In this document: piece after piece, positions 33,746 to 43,139 of the stretch
How the letters are laid out: each line of letters starts with the position of its first letter
Position numbering within the stretch: the first letter of the stretch is position 1
Source: a virus
Direction: 5' to 3' (one strand)
Virus record (IMG/VR): IMGVR_UViG_3300032782_000001
Location: 1 to 52,403 of that record
DNA length: 52,403 nucleotides
Program-made: the position numbers and the translations under genes
Notes under the pieces: model-generated
What the model was told of the DNA's origin: nothing
The model's input: the letters and a program-made list of their open reading frames with translations, nothing else
The model's database searches: none

Positions 33746-34015
33746 GCCTCAACTGACTTCCGCGAGGAGGACCGCGAGAACCCTCAACACCGCGAGGTTT
33801 GAGACTTAGAACCGGGTCAAGTCAAGAATACCGAACAACATCTACAGAGCATCGTAGGGGTCCGGTAAGTTGTTACGGCCAGCTAATTGTTGATGGCGGC
33901 CCGGTTAACTTGCATTGTGAAATGCAAGTTCCCTGTGACCTAATAAATAGTCCCAGGCGCCCGGCGTGACGTAAGTCCGCCGGGCTCGCGCGTATTCGGA
34001 TCCGGAGGTGACGTG

Positions 34016-34318
34016 ATGCGAGACACGACGCGAAGCTTCTTGATCATTGCGAAATGCGGGCGCTTCTATGCCTGGGACTACGGGTCCGGAAATACGCCCG
34101 AAGAAGCTGGAAAGGAATTCATCGGCATCCTCGAATGTGGGGGCGACATCTGGGAGACCGAAGACGGAAATCTTCCGGAATCTCTCATCAATGAGTTCTA
34201 CGAGATCATTGCTGAGGTAGACGTCACCAACCTCAGCCACGAGTCTATCGTGACTATGGCCGAATTTCTCAAGAAGATGTCTGACCTGAGCGTGGTCGAA
34301 CAGGTGATGGTGGCCTGA
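34016..34318 (+). CDS. acidic small protein, tail ...SVVEQVMVA (tail family)
   Basis: ORF track; cassette at 33968-34015. Confidence 0.55.
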   Translation: MRDTTRSFLIIAKCGRFYAWDYGSGNTPEEAGKEFIGILECGGDIWETEDGNLPESLINEFYEIIAEVDVTNLSHESIVTMAEFLKKMSDLSVVEQVMVA

Positions 34319-34368
34319 TCGACGTAAATTCAACAGGCTCGTGCGTATTGACACTCGGAGGTGATGCG

Positions 34369-34809
34369 ATGGCGCAGCGGAGCTTCGTGGATTTCCGTCT
34401 CGGACTGTCCGGTCAAGCTTGGGCAGTGCTCCATTTGTTGGATGGGGAACCGAGCTTTGCTCCATTCAACCTGACCACCCACGAGTACGAGCTCGAAATC
34501 AAGACTTCGGCCTTCTACAACGGTCGGGAACGCGGATTTGTGTTGGATGTTCAACACAGCTTCCTCGACAATCGGGATCACCTCTACGTGGTGTGCGCAA
34601 ACCAGCGTAGCTCGGACAGTCTCGTCATCTACAAGTGGACGGGTCCTCTACGCATGAACCCTCCCACTGTTGCCGACCTGACGGAACAGGTTTACAACGT
34701 TTTCTTGAACTCGCCCGAGGAAGCTGCTAAGCGCATTCGGGAGATCATCGGCGACTACTTGGACCGAGAATCGAAAGAAAAGACCGTCGCATCCGTCATG
34801 GAATCGTGA
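34369..34809 (+). CDS. hypothetical protein (146 aa), tail ...KTVASVMES (tail family)
   Basis: ORF track 34348 trimmed to Met8 after GGAGGTGATGCG; cassette at 34320-34368. Confidence 0.6.
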   Translation: MAQRSFVDFRLGLSGQAWAVLHLLDGEPSFAPFNLTTHEYELEIKTSAFYNGRERGFVLDVQHSFLDNRDHLYVVCANQRSSDSLVIYKWTGPLRMNPPTVADLTEQVYNVFLNSPEEAAKRIREIIGDYLDRESKEKTVASVMES

Positions 34810-34810
34810 A

Positions 34811-35245
34811 ATGGTCTCCGAAAAGAACAGGTGGACTCTCGATTGGGTCCGTGAGAGAGTGCGACAGAAACACCATCGCATCCTTACAAAGTATCTTTTG
34901 CGTCGCGACCAGGCTGTAGCAGACGATCACCTTGCAGCAGGATGGTCGACCGATCGCATCGTGCGAGAGGGATTCGACGTAAAAGAAGGACAGACAGCAG
35001 TGCCGCAAGCGGCAATCAAGTGCTTGAGGAATTGTTCTGACCTTGATCCTCGCGTCGTACGAGACGTTGTCTTGCAAAGCAAAGATTTCAAACAGCATTT
35101 GGCGTTTGAGGCCGCGCTGAAGAAACTGTTGTTGCCCACTACCATCGACACACGAGGCTATTCACCCGAACGTGTCTCTCTTTTGAGGGAAACATGGATC
35201 GAGATTCGGAATCGGAACACGATTCTTGAAGTCATGGAATCATGA
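34811..35245 (+). CDS. hypothetical protein (144 aa), tail ...RNTILEVMES (tail family)
   Basis: ORF track. Confidence 0.55.
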   Translation: MVSEKNRWTLDWVRERVRQKHHRILTKYLLRRDQAVADDHLAAGWSTDRIVREGFDVKEGQTAVPQAAIKCLRNCSDLDPRVVRDVVLQSKDFKQHLAFEAALKKLLLPTTIDTRGYSPERVSLLRETWIEIRNRNTILEVMES

Positions 35246-35294
35246 CCGGCGTAAATTCGATCGATTGCGACGTATTGGATCGTGGAGGTGACGA

Positions 35295-36020
35295 ATGGAC
35301 CCCGATGCGGAACGTAAGTATTCGTTCGTCGTAGACAGTGACTCGTCTGAGGAAGGAGCGCGCGATGCGCTTCTGAGTCTACGTCGTACGATTAAGCTCG
35401 GCAAGCTCGCTGAGCGCGCCCTGCTCAACATCAAGACTCACGGTCACCATAATGGCCGCGTCCTTGTCATGTCCGGCAAGCCCGGCTATGGGTCGGATAT
35501 CTCGGAGTACAGGTTCCCTCAATATATCAAACCGACGCGTGAAACGGTCCCCGGATACGGTCAATACGAAGTTATCCTCGGCAATCTTCATAACGGCATC
35601 CATGGCGATGCTGTTACGAAGGAAGTTCTCGTCATTCTGAAATGCCAGGGGTGGAGTGCAGGATCATGGGATCCGGTTCACCTCAAAGTCGGAAACGCTC
35701 GCGTCAAGACTTCTGACGAAGTGGTCTTTGTCCATGACCGAACGTGGGGACCCGACCTCCCAAACAACAGGACCATCTCCAAGCTCTACACGCGAGCCAC
35801 AACCGAGAAGGCTTTGGAAGCATACAAGGAGATCGCCGTAACTTTGGCTTGCAATATCATTCGCTTCAATCAAAATGACATCAGGAACCAATCCGTTCCT
35901 CAGGTCATCTTCGACACCCGGAAAATTCTCAGCCAGTGGCTCATCGAAGATGGTTTCATCGAGGAGTTCTGTCAACGCCTCCGCCGCACGGCACATGTGG
36001 CAATGGTAATGGATTCATGA
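35295..36020 (+). CDS. hypothetical protein (241 aa), tail ...AHVAMVMDS (tail family)
   Basis: ORF track; GGAGGTGACGA-ATG; cassette at 35247-35294. Confidence 0.6.
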   Translation: MDPDAERKYSFVVDSDSSEEGARDALLSLRRTIKLGKLAERALLNIKTHGHHNGRVLVMSGKPGYGSDISEYRFPQYIKPTRETVPGYGQYEVILGNLHNGIHGDAVTKEVLVILKCQGWSAGSWDPVHLKVGNARVKTSDEVVFVHDRTWGPDLPNNRTISKLYTRATTEKALEAYKEIAVTLACNIIRFNQNDIRNQSVPQVIFDTRKILSQWLIEDGFIEEFCQRLRRTAHVAMVMDS

Positions 36021-36310
36021 AACCGATACACAAACTCCACGGTCCTCGCCTAGAACGTCGTCAAGCCGAGAATCGGAAGTCGCTTCACAAGTTTCTGTCC
36101 AAACAACATCGGCCGATCCGTCGATATTTGACGGATGTATCCCCGGAACTTCTCTTCAAGGTCATCCGGTTCTTTGCATTGCATCCGGACCTGGCTTCTT
36201 CTTTCTCCGATTTCGTGAAGGAGGAGAAGCAACTCGTTAAAGATCTGGACGTGGAAGACGTAAAACACGTCCAGATGCTCATCATCGTGGAAGAAGTTCA
36301 GGAGTCCTGA
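36017..36310 (+). CDS. hypothetical protein (97 aa), tail ...IIVEEVQES
   Basis: ORF track 35936 trimmed to Met28 (ATGA overlap). Confidence 0.5.
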   Translation: MKPIHKLHGPRLERRQAENRKSLHKFLSKQHRPIRRYLTDVSPELLFKVIRFFALHPDLASSFSDFVKEEKQLVKDLDVEDVKHVQMLIIVEEVQES

Positions 36311-36311
36311 A

Positions 36312-36599
36312 ATGTCAGACGTCCCGAAACCAATCCGAAATGCGTGGAAGCGGATCAAGCAGGCTTGGGAATCCAGCCGCATCCACAGGCAAAGTCAACC
36401 GGGCGTCTGGACAATCTTCCATGTCGGAAAGAGGACTTATCGTTGTACGCAAACTGGCCTGAATACCATCGAGATCCAGTTTTTCGACAGCGGTGCCTTC
36501 AAGCAAGAAGTAGCCGGTCGTCTTCCGGAGAAGATCGATCTGCACGGCCTCCAGAAGGCTTTGGACCTTCTGGAGGTCGAACGTGTGATGACTGCCTAA
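36312..36599 (+). CDS. hypothetical protein (95 aa), tail ...LLEVERVMTA
   Basis: ORF track. Confidence 0.5.
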   Translation: MSDVPKPIRNAWKRIKQAWESSRIHRQSQPGVWTIFHVGKRTYRCTQTGLNTIEIQFFDSGAFKQEVAGRLPEKIDLHGLQKALDLLEVERVMTA

Positions 36600-36862
36600 G
36601 CAGCGTGCGCTTCCAGCCCGATGGCCTTCTTCATCGCCTTGGTCATCCAAGGAGCAGAGGCCAGATATGCCTGGAGTGCTTCGTTACTCGGCAGGTCCTT
36701 CACCTTACCTTCGCCCTTGATGATAGAGAGCACGATGCTATGAATCCTAGCATCATGTCCAGGTGCGAACCTGGAGCTCGTCTGCGCCTTGCAGCCACAG
36801 AGACAATGCTTGGAAGTCGCCTTGGTCGCAGTGACCTTGGTCGCAGTCTTCTTGGTCTTCAT
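36596..36862 (-). CDS. basic Cys/His protein (88 aa; MKTKKTATKVTATKATSKHCLCGC...), possible DNA-binding
   Basis: ORF track trimmed to Met18 after GGGAGGAAATACCCAT; convergent with upstream plus genes. Confidence 0.45.
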   Translation of the reverse strand: MKTKKTATKVTATKATSKHCLCGCKAQTSSRFAPGHDARIHSIVLSIIKGEGKVKDLPSNEALQAYLASAPWMTKAMKKAIGLEAHAA

Positions 36863-36943
36863 ATGGGTATTTCCTCCCTTGAGGAAACTAAACCCATCTT
36901 GGAATTCGCACAAGTTCGGAGAATCCCGAACCCGACGTCGGAC

Positions 36944-37336
36944 TCACCCGAGGTCGTCCATGTCGGGCGGACCCGCCGGTGCTGGGTGTGTGCCGGCGTC
37001 GGCGGGCTCGGGCGCGGGCTCGGCGCCCAGCTCCTCCTCACCTCGCGCCTCCTCGATCGACCCCGCCAGCTCCGCCGCCTCTTCGGCAAGCTTCTCAAGC
37101 GCTGCCTTTCCGAAAATGACTTTGAAAGCTTCGGCGTCCACTTCTTGAGCCGTGTCAACCCGAGTCACCTTTTGGACGTCGAAGGTCTCCACTGAACATT
37201 CTACTTCGTATTCTACGGCCTCTCCCGATCCATCAGCTAGGACAGCCATAACCTTCACCTCGGAAGGTGCGCCAGTCTCAGCCGCACGACGCGACTTGGC
37301 GGCGAGGATGTCCCTAGCGATCTTCAGGAAATTCAT
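36944..37336 (-). CDS. hypothetical protein with acidic Pro/Ala-rich C-terminus (130 aa)
   Basis: ORF track. Confidence 0.5.
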   Translation of the reverse strand: MNFLKIARDILAAKSRRAAETGAPSEVKVMAVLADGSGEAVEYEVECSVETFDVQKVTRVDTAQEVDAEAFKVIFGKAALEKLAEEAAELAGSIEEARGEEELGAEPAPEPADAGTHPAPAGPPDMDDLG

Positions 37337-37409
37337 ACTCCTTGAAGGTTACCAAAGTCTTAGACTGGCTTCAAGGATTCCCTGTATTTGCTATCCCAGG
37401 CGTGAGGTT

Positions 37410-37661
37410 TCATGATTCCATGACCTCTTGAACGACGGCCTCTTCCAGTGACATGACGACGTAAGTCCTCGGGAAGATGAAGTCCCCGGCGCACAATCGA
37501 CACACGGGATATGCCTTCTTTTGGGATGCGTTGAATAACGCGGAATGAACTTGTCTTGGACAATCGAATCCGAACCGGACCTCAGTATAACTGATCGAAT
37601 TGAATTCGCGGACTTCATGAAGGCTCGGGTGAGCGCATTTCATGTGGTCTTGAATGGACAT
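37410..37661 (-). CDS. Cys-rich small protein, tail ...LEEAVVQEVMES (tail family)
   Basis: ORF track trimmed to Met30, 4 nt after the upstream TGA. Confidence 0.5.
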   Translation of the reverse strand: MSIQDHMKCAHPSLHEVREFNSISYTEVRFGFDCPRQVHSALFNASQKKAYPVCRLCAGDFIFPRTYVVMSLEEAVVQEVMES

Positions 37662-37665
37662 GGAG

Positions 37666-37935
37666 TCATGACTCCATGACTTCTCGGACGAGAGCTTCCT
37701 CCGGATCCATTGGGGTAAATAGACTACCGAGAATAGCAGACTTGTCACATTGGAAACAGAGGAAATATGCCTTCTTTTCTTCTTCGTGGTATACGGCTGA
37801 GAACACAGGGTTGTAGCAACCGGAAAGCATCCTGATCCTGTTATGGATCACGGTTGGTTGACAACACTTCAGATGGTGAAGCCGACGCTTCTGAATCCTG
37901 ACGCACTCCTTTTCAGACTTTCCTACGAGTTCCAT
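37666..37935 (-). CDS. Cys-rich small protein, tail ...PEEALVREVMES (tail family)
   Basis: ORF track 37666..38244 trimmed to Met104; the track N-terminus is junk-like. Confidence 0.5.
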   Translation of the reverse strand: MELVGKSEKECVRIQKRRLHHLKCCQPTVIHNRIRMLSGCYNPVFSAVYHEEEKKAYFLCFQCDKSAILGSLFTPMDPEEALVREVMES

Positions 37936-37972
37936 CTGAGTGGTTGCCTCCGTAGATGACAATCTCAAATAA

Positions 37973-38443
37973 CTAGGATTCGTGGACGTCCCGACATTTA
38001 TTGAGTTGACACTCCGTCCCATGTCCTGGGTTGGCATGACGGTTCTTGTTCTCAGCGTGTCGCCCACACCGAGGGCAAATACCGCTTTTGTTGATGCCCC
38101 TCTTCCCGAACCGACGGTAACTCGTCGACGGAACATTCGGCCTCGTTGCAGGTGGAGGGGACTGCCGGCGAATGATATAGGTCGTTCCAACCAATCGGAG
38201 GTGCTCGTAATGCACCAATTCTTCGATGGTGGCTTCAGCGTCATTCATGCTTGCCGTTGGCCAAGCTTGCTGGAGAATGAAGAACACTTGCTCCGTGGAG
38301 ATCTTCTCGATGTGACTCCATCGCGAATCCCCGAATGTGGAGAATCCAAGACCCTTGGGTCGAGCGTGCTTGCCGAATGGATCGACCGTGCACATGATGA
38401 GAGCCGGCATGTCCGTTCGATGCGACTCCTTTCGAAATTCCAT
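37973..38443 (-). CDS. zinc-ribbon protein (CX2CX18CX4C), tail ...KCRDVHES; tandem paralog of 38445..38945
   Basis: shared C-terminus GICPRCG..NKNRHAN.GHGTEC.LN; ORF track. Confidence 0.55.
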   Translation of the reverse strand: MEFRKESHRTDMPALIMCTVDPFGKHARPKGLGFSTFGDSRWSHIEKISTEQVFFILQQAWPTASMNDAEATIEELVHYEHLRLVGTTYIIRRQSPPPATRPNVPSTSYRRFGKRGINKSGICPRCGRHAENKNRHANPGHGTECQLNKCRDVHES

Positions 38444-38444
38444 A

Positions 38445-38945
38445 CTAGCTCTCCATCACCTGCCTAACGCGATTCAATTTGCACTCCGTCCCATGCCCCG
38501 AATTTGCATGACGGTTCTTGTTTTTGGAATATTCACCGCATCGGGGACAAATTCCGGCGTGCGGATTTTGACTGTTGTATCGAGATGGGATCAACGGAGT
38601 TTCTGGGAGATCCGGGAGACTGAAGGCCCGGAAACTGTCTTCTCGAAGGAACCCCTCTGCAAGAAGGATTTCGACGGTGGACTGGACTTCCTCTTGGGAG
38701 ATCTTCTCCCATTTCTCTTCCAAAACCTTGGTGATTTCGGCGAGAGTGACCTTCGAAAGCCGAGCTCGTCGCATCCTTTCATCTTCACGCCTGAGATTTT
38801 CTTCCCAGGGCAGGCGCATTTTGTTTGTCTCTCGATACCTGGCACGACGCTGCGCCGCGGTCGGCCGGAAGGTTACACGAACGTGCTCCGGCATGTCAAA
38901 CTGATGCTGAAGTTTGCGAAAAGCCACAACATCCTCACAATACAC
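38445..38945 (-). CDS. zinc-ribbon protein, tail ...NRVRQVMES; tandem paralog of 37973..38443
   Basis: ORF track; GTG start right after the hairpin CCCGGA..TCCGGG at about 38950-38971. Confidence 0.5.
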   Translation of the reverse strand: MYCEDVVAFRKLQHQFDMPEHVRVTFRPTAAQRRARYRETNKMRLPWEENLRREDERMRRARLSKVTLAEITKVLEEKWEKISQEEVQSTVEILLAEGFLREDSFRAFSLPDLPETPLIPSRYNSQNPHAGICPRCGEYSKNKNRHANSGHGTECKLNRVRQVMES

Positions 38946-38988
38946 GAGAGCCCGGAAGATTTGGCCTCCGGGCTCTCGGGAAGTGGAA

Positions 38989-40059
38989 CTACTTGGTGGA
39001 CTTCACGGTCACCCGGACGCAACCCTTCGGCGTCTTGGCGAAATAGTCCTTGTAGTGCCGAAGGAGCAGGTTCCAAATGATCCGCTTGTGCGTCTCTTGC
39101 TCGCCGGTCGTCGGGTCACGACCCATCAGAGGGCGCTGCTCCTCCCGCACCTCACTCCCGATGTCCACCCGGACAATCTTGTGGAGGGGAACGACCGTCG
39201 CGCGCAGCGGCTTGCTGAAGAAGGCACCCTGGAGGTACTTCAGGGAGTTCGTGAACTGCCACTTCCAATCGGCCTTCTTGCACCAGATCTCGACCGAGCC
39301 GGGGTATTTCTCCGACTCCTTGATCTCGACGACGCAGAGGCTCTCGCGCAGGAGGGAGGCCAGCATCCTGTAGCCGAGGCTCTCGATGGCGTCGGTGCAC
39401 GCCTTGTGGACCTCGCTCTTGCGATTGAGGCTGCAGACGCGGACCAGACCGTTGACCATGCCCCGAATGCCCTGCGGCTTGTAATTCTGGACCAGGAACT
39501 CCACGAGTTCCGGGTACTCCGCCAGATCGATCATGGCCTGCATCTCGTCGCCGTCCTTCGGCTCCTCGAAGTAGCCCTTCTTGCTGCAGATCGGCCCGAG
39601 ACCGCGCTCCACGGACTCGGAGTCCGTCAGCTTCAGCGCGCAGTGGGCGCAATGCGTGCACACGCCCTCGAGGATGAGCTGCCCATGGCGCTGCTTCTGC
39701 TTCAGGACGCCGCCGACGATGCCGTTCTGGGGCAGGTTCAACTGCGCCATCTGCGAGACCAGGACGGGCTTGGGGCCGCTTTCGGGCGCGGGCTCCTCCT
39801 TCGCGGGGTTGCCATCGTTCGACTCGGACGGGTACTCGTCCCGAGCCGAATCCGGCTCGGAATCCATCTCGGCCTGGTAAGCCGCTCGCTCTTGCTCGGC
39901 CTCCTGGCGACCGAATTCGTTCTTCATCGCGATCCAATCTTGCGCTGCTTGATCCATCGTGTCACCTCCATCGTCCGATACGCCGGGAGGCGCCGAATTT
40001 GCGGCTCGCCTGTCGGCTTCTTCTTCAATGCGAAGGAGGAATTCCTTGAGTTTGCTCAT
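38989..40059 (-). CDS. hypothetical Cys/His-containing protein; two candidate starts (40059 coupled by ATGA overlap, or 39957 after the in-frame cassette)
   Basis: ORF track; the cassette (GCAAATTCG..CGTATCGG..GGAGGTGACACG-ATG) lies in-frame at 39958-40015 and encodes ...AANSAPPGVSDDGGDT-M. Confidence 0.55.
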   Translation of the reverse strand: MSKLKEFLLRIEEEADRRAANSAPPGVSDDGGDTMDQAAQDWIAMKNEFGRQEAEQERAAYQAEMDSEPDSARDEYPSESNDGNPAKEEPAPESGPKPVLVSQMAQLNLPQNGIVGGVLKQKQRHGQLILEGVCTHCAHCALKLTDSESVERGLGPICSKKGYFEEPKDGDEMQAMIDLAEYPELVEFLVQNYKPQGIRGMVNGLVRVCSLNRKSEVHKACTDAIESLGYRMLASLLRESLCVVEIKESEKYPGSVEIWCKKADWKWQFTNSLKYLQGAFFSKPLRATVVPLHKIVRVDIGSEVREEQRPLMGRDPTTGEQETHKRIIWNLLLRHYKDYFAKTPKGCVRVTVKSTK

Positions 40060-40745
40060 GACGACATCACTACTTCCGTAAGGGCTTCACGTAGGATGGT
40101 GACCATCTCATCGAAGTCACCTCCGTGTTGGAATGCGTGAATTGCGCCTTCCTTCAAGACGCTGTATGCACGTTTGGTCTGATGCTTGGAGAATTTCTTG
40201 TTCAGGCCGCCGTTTTGAATGAATTGGAATGCTTCGGATACGGCAGCATCAATTGCGTTTGGCTTTCCTGCAAGTAGAACTTCCAGATCCATCAGGAAAC
40301 GAACTTCCCAAGAGACATGGTGAATGTACACAGTCAAACCTAACTTGGATTCAACATGATTTTTCTCAACTGCTGCAGTCTTTAGGAATTGAGCAATCAA
40401 GTCATTCTTTTGGAAGAAGCTCTTAGCGAATGACTTCATGGCCTCTTCTTTCATGAGGCCAATAGTCCGGGGCTCACGTCGGCCTTCGTACGGACAGAAA
40501 TGAAGTGTGTACTTGACGTCCCCTACTTTCACCTGTACGTCTGCTTTATTTCCTGTAGGATTGGGACGCGCTCGACCAGGAACCGCTTTCATGAGTGCAG
40601 TCGCAGCCGATTGCACGGAATCTGCCCAAAGAGGCTTCCTAAAGACGGATTGGATGACAAACTCCGCCGCCCGTTCATAATCAGAAGCCGGCGGGGAGGT
40701 ATGTTGGTAAGTCCGGAGATAACAAGCAGGTTTCGTGCTGTTCAT
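40056..40745 (-). CDS. hypothetical protein (229 aa), tail ...LTEVVMSS (tail family)
   Basis: ORF track; GGAGGGTAAGGA-ATG; cassette at 40746-40805 is about 94% identical over about 50 nt to the one at 39958-40015. Confidence 0.6.
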   Translation of the reverse strand: MNSTKPACYLRTYQHTSPPASDYERAAEFVIQSVFRKPLWADSVQSAATALMKAVPGRARPNPTGNKADVQVKVGDVKYTLHFCPYEGRREPRTIGLMKEEAMKSFAKSFFQKNDLIAQFLKTAAVEKNHVESKLGLTVYIHHVSWEVRFLMDLEVLLAGKPNAIDAAVSEAFQFIQNGGLNKKFSKHQTKRAYSVLKEGAIHAFQHGGDFDEMVTILREALTEVVMSS

Positions 40746-40892
40746 TCCTTACCCTCCATCCGGTCTATACGCCGGGAGGCGCCGGATTTGCGGCTCGCCT
40801 GTTGGACTCTTCAATTCGAATTCTTTGAATTTCCCCAAAGCGGTGTACGCTGGGATTAGCTCATCTGCGAAAATTTCAAGTCAAAGGCGATC

Positions 40893-41723
40893 ATGGCGAA
40901 GATTGACGACATTTTGAAAGAAATTCAAAAAAATTTCGATAAAAGTATTTTTGGACCCCCTGAACCTGGATCGCTCCGACTGGGAAGGAAACCAATGGTT
41001 TCTACCTACGAAGCCATGCAACCATTGGTTCAAGTTCGGTCTAACTGGGATGCCTTTGTCAGTTTTATTCGGAAAGCAGAAGTAGTCGTCAGGGCACCCA
41101 AGTTTCTCAGGAAATCTAAAGGTATTTATTATGGCCACATCAACGTTGGAACCGGACGAGGGATTTTTCCTCAAGTGTTCTTGAAAGTCGGGACTAATGA
41201 AATCCAAGTCCCAACTCCAACTAGCCTTGACACATCCTTGATGCGTTCCGATAAATTGGTTGTCTACCAACTACCGGGGATTGGATGGCTTCATGGATGC
41301 AAGCTCCAGTTGGGTCACATTCCGGAAGGTGTCAGCGGCGACCATAAACAGAAGATTTGCGAACTTCTCGTTGAAGATTGTGGGGAGGAGAAATATGCGT
41401 CCTTGAAGGCGCGGATTCAGTTCGAATGGGATGCGGTTCAAAAGAATGCCGATGAGCTAATGAAGGCCCACCTTTCAGGCAGTCAGTCTCATAAAGAACG
41501 GGATAGCTTCGTAACGAAGCTATCCAACCTTTTAGCAAAAAGTCCAGATCTAATTGAAGTCGACCCTGACGTTGTATTGACCATCTTCCAAATGGATCCG
41601 AAGGAATTGGAAAAGATGATCGGATTTATGAAGCGGAATGTGGCAGATATTGACGTGATCGTAGAAGAGGATGTGAAGAAAGCCCAAGACTTGGCGAAAG
41701 TGCAATCTGTCATGGAGAGTTGA
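40893..41723 (+). CDS. hypothetical protein (276 aa), AT-richer gene, tail ...KVQSVMES (tail family)
   Basis: ORF track; no cassette; palindromic AATTCGAATT in the divergent intergenic region. Confidence 0.55.
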   Translation: MAKIDDILKEIQKNFDKSIFGPPEPGSLRLGRKPMVSTYEAMQPLVQVRSNWDAFVSFIRKAEVVVRAPKFLRKSKGIYYGHINVGTGRGIFPQVFLKVGTNEIQVPTPTSLDTSLMRSDKLVVYQLPGIGWLHGCKLQLGHIPEGVSGDHKQKICELLVEDCGEEKYASLKARIQFEWDAVQKNADELMKAHLSGSQSHKERDSFVTKLSNLLAKSPDLIEVDPDVVLTIFQMDPKELEKMIGFMKRNVADIDVIVEEDVKKAQDLAKVQSVMES

Positions 41724-41788
41724 AGATAATATGACAACACGGCGCAAATTCATCTGATCACGGCGTATCGGCCGGTGGAGGTGACGCC

Positions 41789-42097
41789 ATGATGAATTCC
41801 GAGCAGATGGTGAACACGTTGAAGAACGTCCCTGAGGGAGCGCTCCTCTTCGTCAGTTACATCGCCGGCCGTGAGCCCACCGAGCGCGCCATCCAGGAGG
41901 CGAAGCCTCACACGGAGAACCCTGCGCGCAGTCGACGCCACTTCGTCGGCACCCTTTCGCGCGTCTGGACTGCCCGCAACGGTGACCCCATTCTCACTAT
42001 TCACGCACACAACCGCAACACGGGCGACAAAGCCGGGGGTTACCGGTCTTTCAATCCGAGCCTCGGTCAACTGCTCGCCGTGCAGGTTCTCTCATGA
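41789..42097 (+). CDS. hypothetical protein (102 aa)
   Basis: ORF track; GGAGGTGACGCC-ATG; cassette at 41738-41788. Confidence 0.6.
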   Translation: MMNSEQMVNTLKNVPEGALLFVSYIAGREPTERAIQEAKPHTENPARSRRHFVGTLSRVWTARNGDPILTIHAHNRNTGDKAGGYRSFNPSLGQLLAVQVLS

Positions 42098-42480
42098 AAT
42101 TCATCCGCCAACAGGTCAGTGATAAGGGAATCGTTACGGACTTCTACTGGAAGACGTGGCGGCATCACAAGATCATCGTGGCATTCGAGTATGAGCTCTC
42201 ATGCGATGCCCACTGGGATGGCGACGAACCTATTCCTGATCATTACGAGTGCTACGATATCCTCGTGAAGGCCAGGTTCCAAGGTCACGAAGGAACTGCC
42301 AGTCTCTGCAATAGTTGGATTGATCCACGCACGGAAGGTCGGCGCGGCTCCAACTATCTCTATACTGTGGCCTGCGACCTCCTGGAGGAAGCTATCCACG
42401 AAATGGGAAAAAAGCTCATCCAGAGCGGTCACGTCTGCAAGAACAAACTCTGCATCGTCGAGTCCGTTCACGAATCTTAA
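42094..42480 (+). CDS. Cys-rich hypothetical protein (128 aa), tail ...CIVESVHES
   Basis: ORF track; ATGA overlap; 7-bp hairpin downstream. Confidence 0.55.
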   Translation: MKFIRQQVSDKGIVTDFYWKTWRHHKIIVAFEYELSCDAHWDGDEPIPDHYECYDILVKARFQGHEGTASLCNSWIDPRTEGRRGSNYLYTVACDLLEEAIHEMGKKLIQSGHVCKNKLCIVESVHES

Positions 42481-42627
42481 TAGGACCCGGCCAGTAGAGT
42501 CCTTCATGGGACTCTGGACGATCTATTGTCATACTGTATGTCGGGTTGACAAAACAAACTTTGGCGAAGAGGTGGAAGAACCACGTCAACGCAGCCAAGT
42601 TGTCCAAAGGACGATGGCATTTCCCGA

Positions 42628-42852
42628 ATGCCATTCGAAAATATGGAGATGTGGCGTTCTCGCATGAAGTGCTGCTTCACGCTTTGTCCCCGAGATGCTT
42701 GTCTGGTCTTTCATGACTCAAATCATGAGTGGCCTATGTGCAAAGAGCACGAGGAAGAAGGAGAAAAGGACCTGAAAGCTCAATTTGAGGACAATCCTAT
42801 TCAGGTTATTTCCGGTCCTGAATTTCTTGTTTGGGAAGTCATGGAGTCATGA
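42628..42852 (+). CDS. Cys-rich small protein, tail ...PEFLVWEVMES (tail family)
   Basis: ORF track. Confidence 0.55.
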   Translation: MPFENMEMWRSRMKCCFTLCPRDACLVFHDSNHEWPMCKEHEEEGEKDLKAQFEDNPIQVISGPEFLVWEVMES

Positions 42853-42853
42853 A

Positions 42854-43063
42854 GTGAAATGCGGATTCGGAACCGAGAAGGACCCGGAATTCTCTTGCCC
42901 AAAAGCAGCCACTGTCGGGTTGCAATCTCGAACGCATAGAAATCACATTTTTATTCGTTGCAAAGAGCACTCCCTGGAACTTATCCTTCGGGGATTGTAC
43001 GACGTCATCGACCTGGAAGATGCCGAAAATTTCACTGTCGTCTATGAGATCATGAAGTCCTGA
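42854..43063 (+). CDS. Cys-rich small protein (GTG start), tail ...FTVVYEIMKS (tail family)
   Basis: ORF track 42785 trimmed to the GTG just after the upstream stop. Confidence 0.45.
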   Translation: MKCGFGTEKDPEFSCPKAATVGLQSRTHRNHIFIRCKEHSLELILRGLYDVIDLEDAENFTVVYEIMKS

Positions 43064-43139
43064 TCTGTTGTAAATTCTGCAAGGCCCGTCGGATCCGCAA
43101 ATTCGGCGGGCCGCGACGTATCTGGATCTGGAGGTGACT

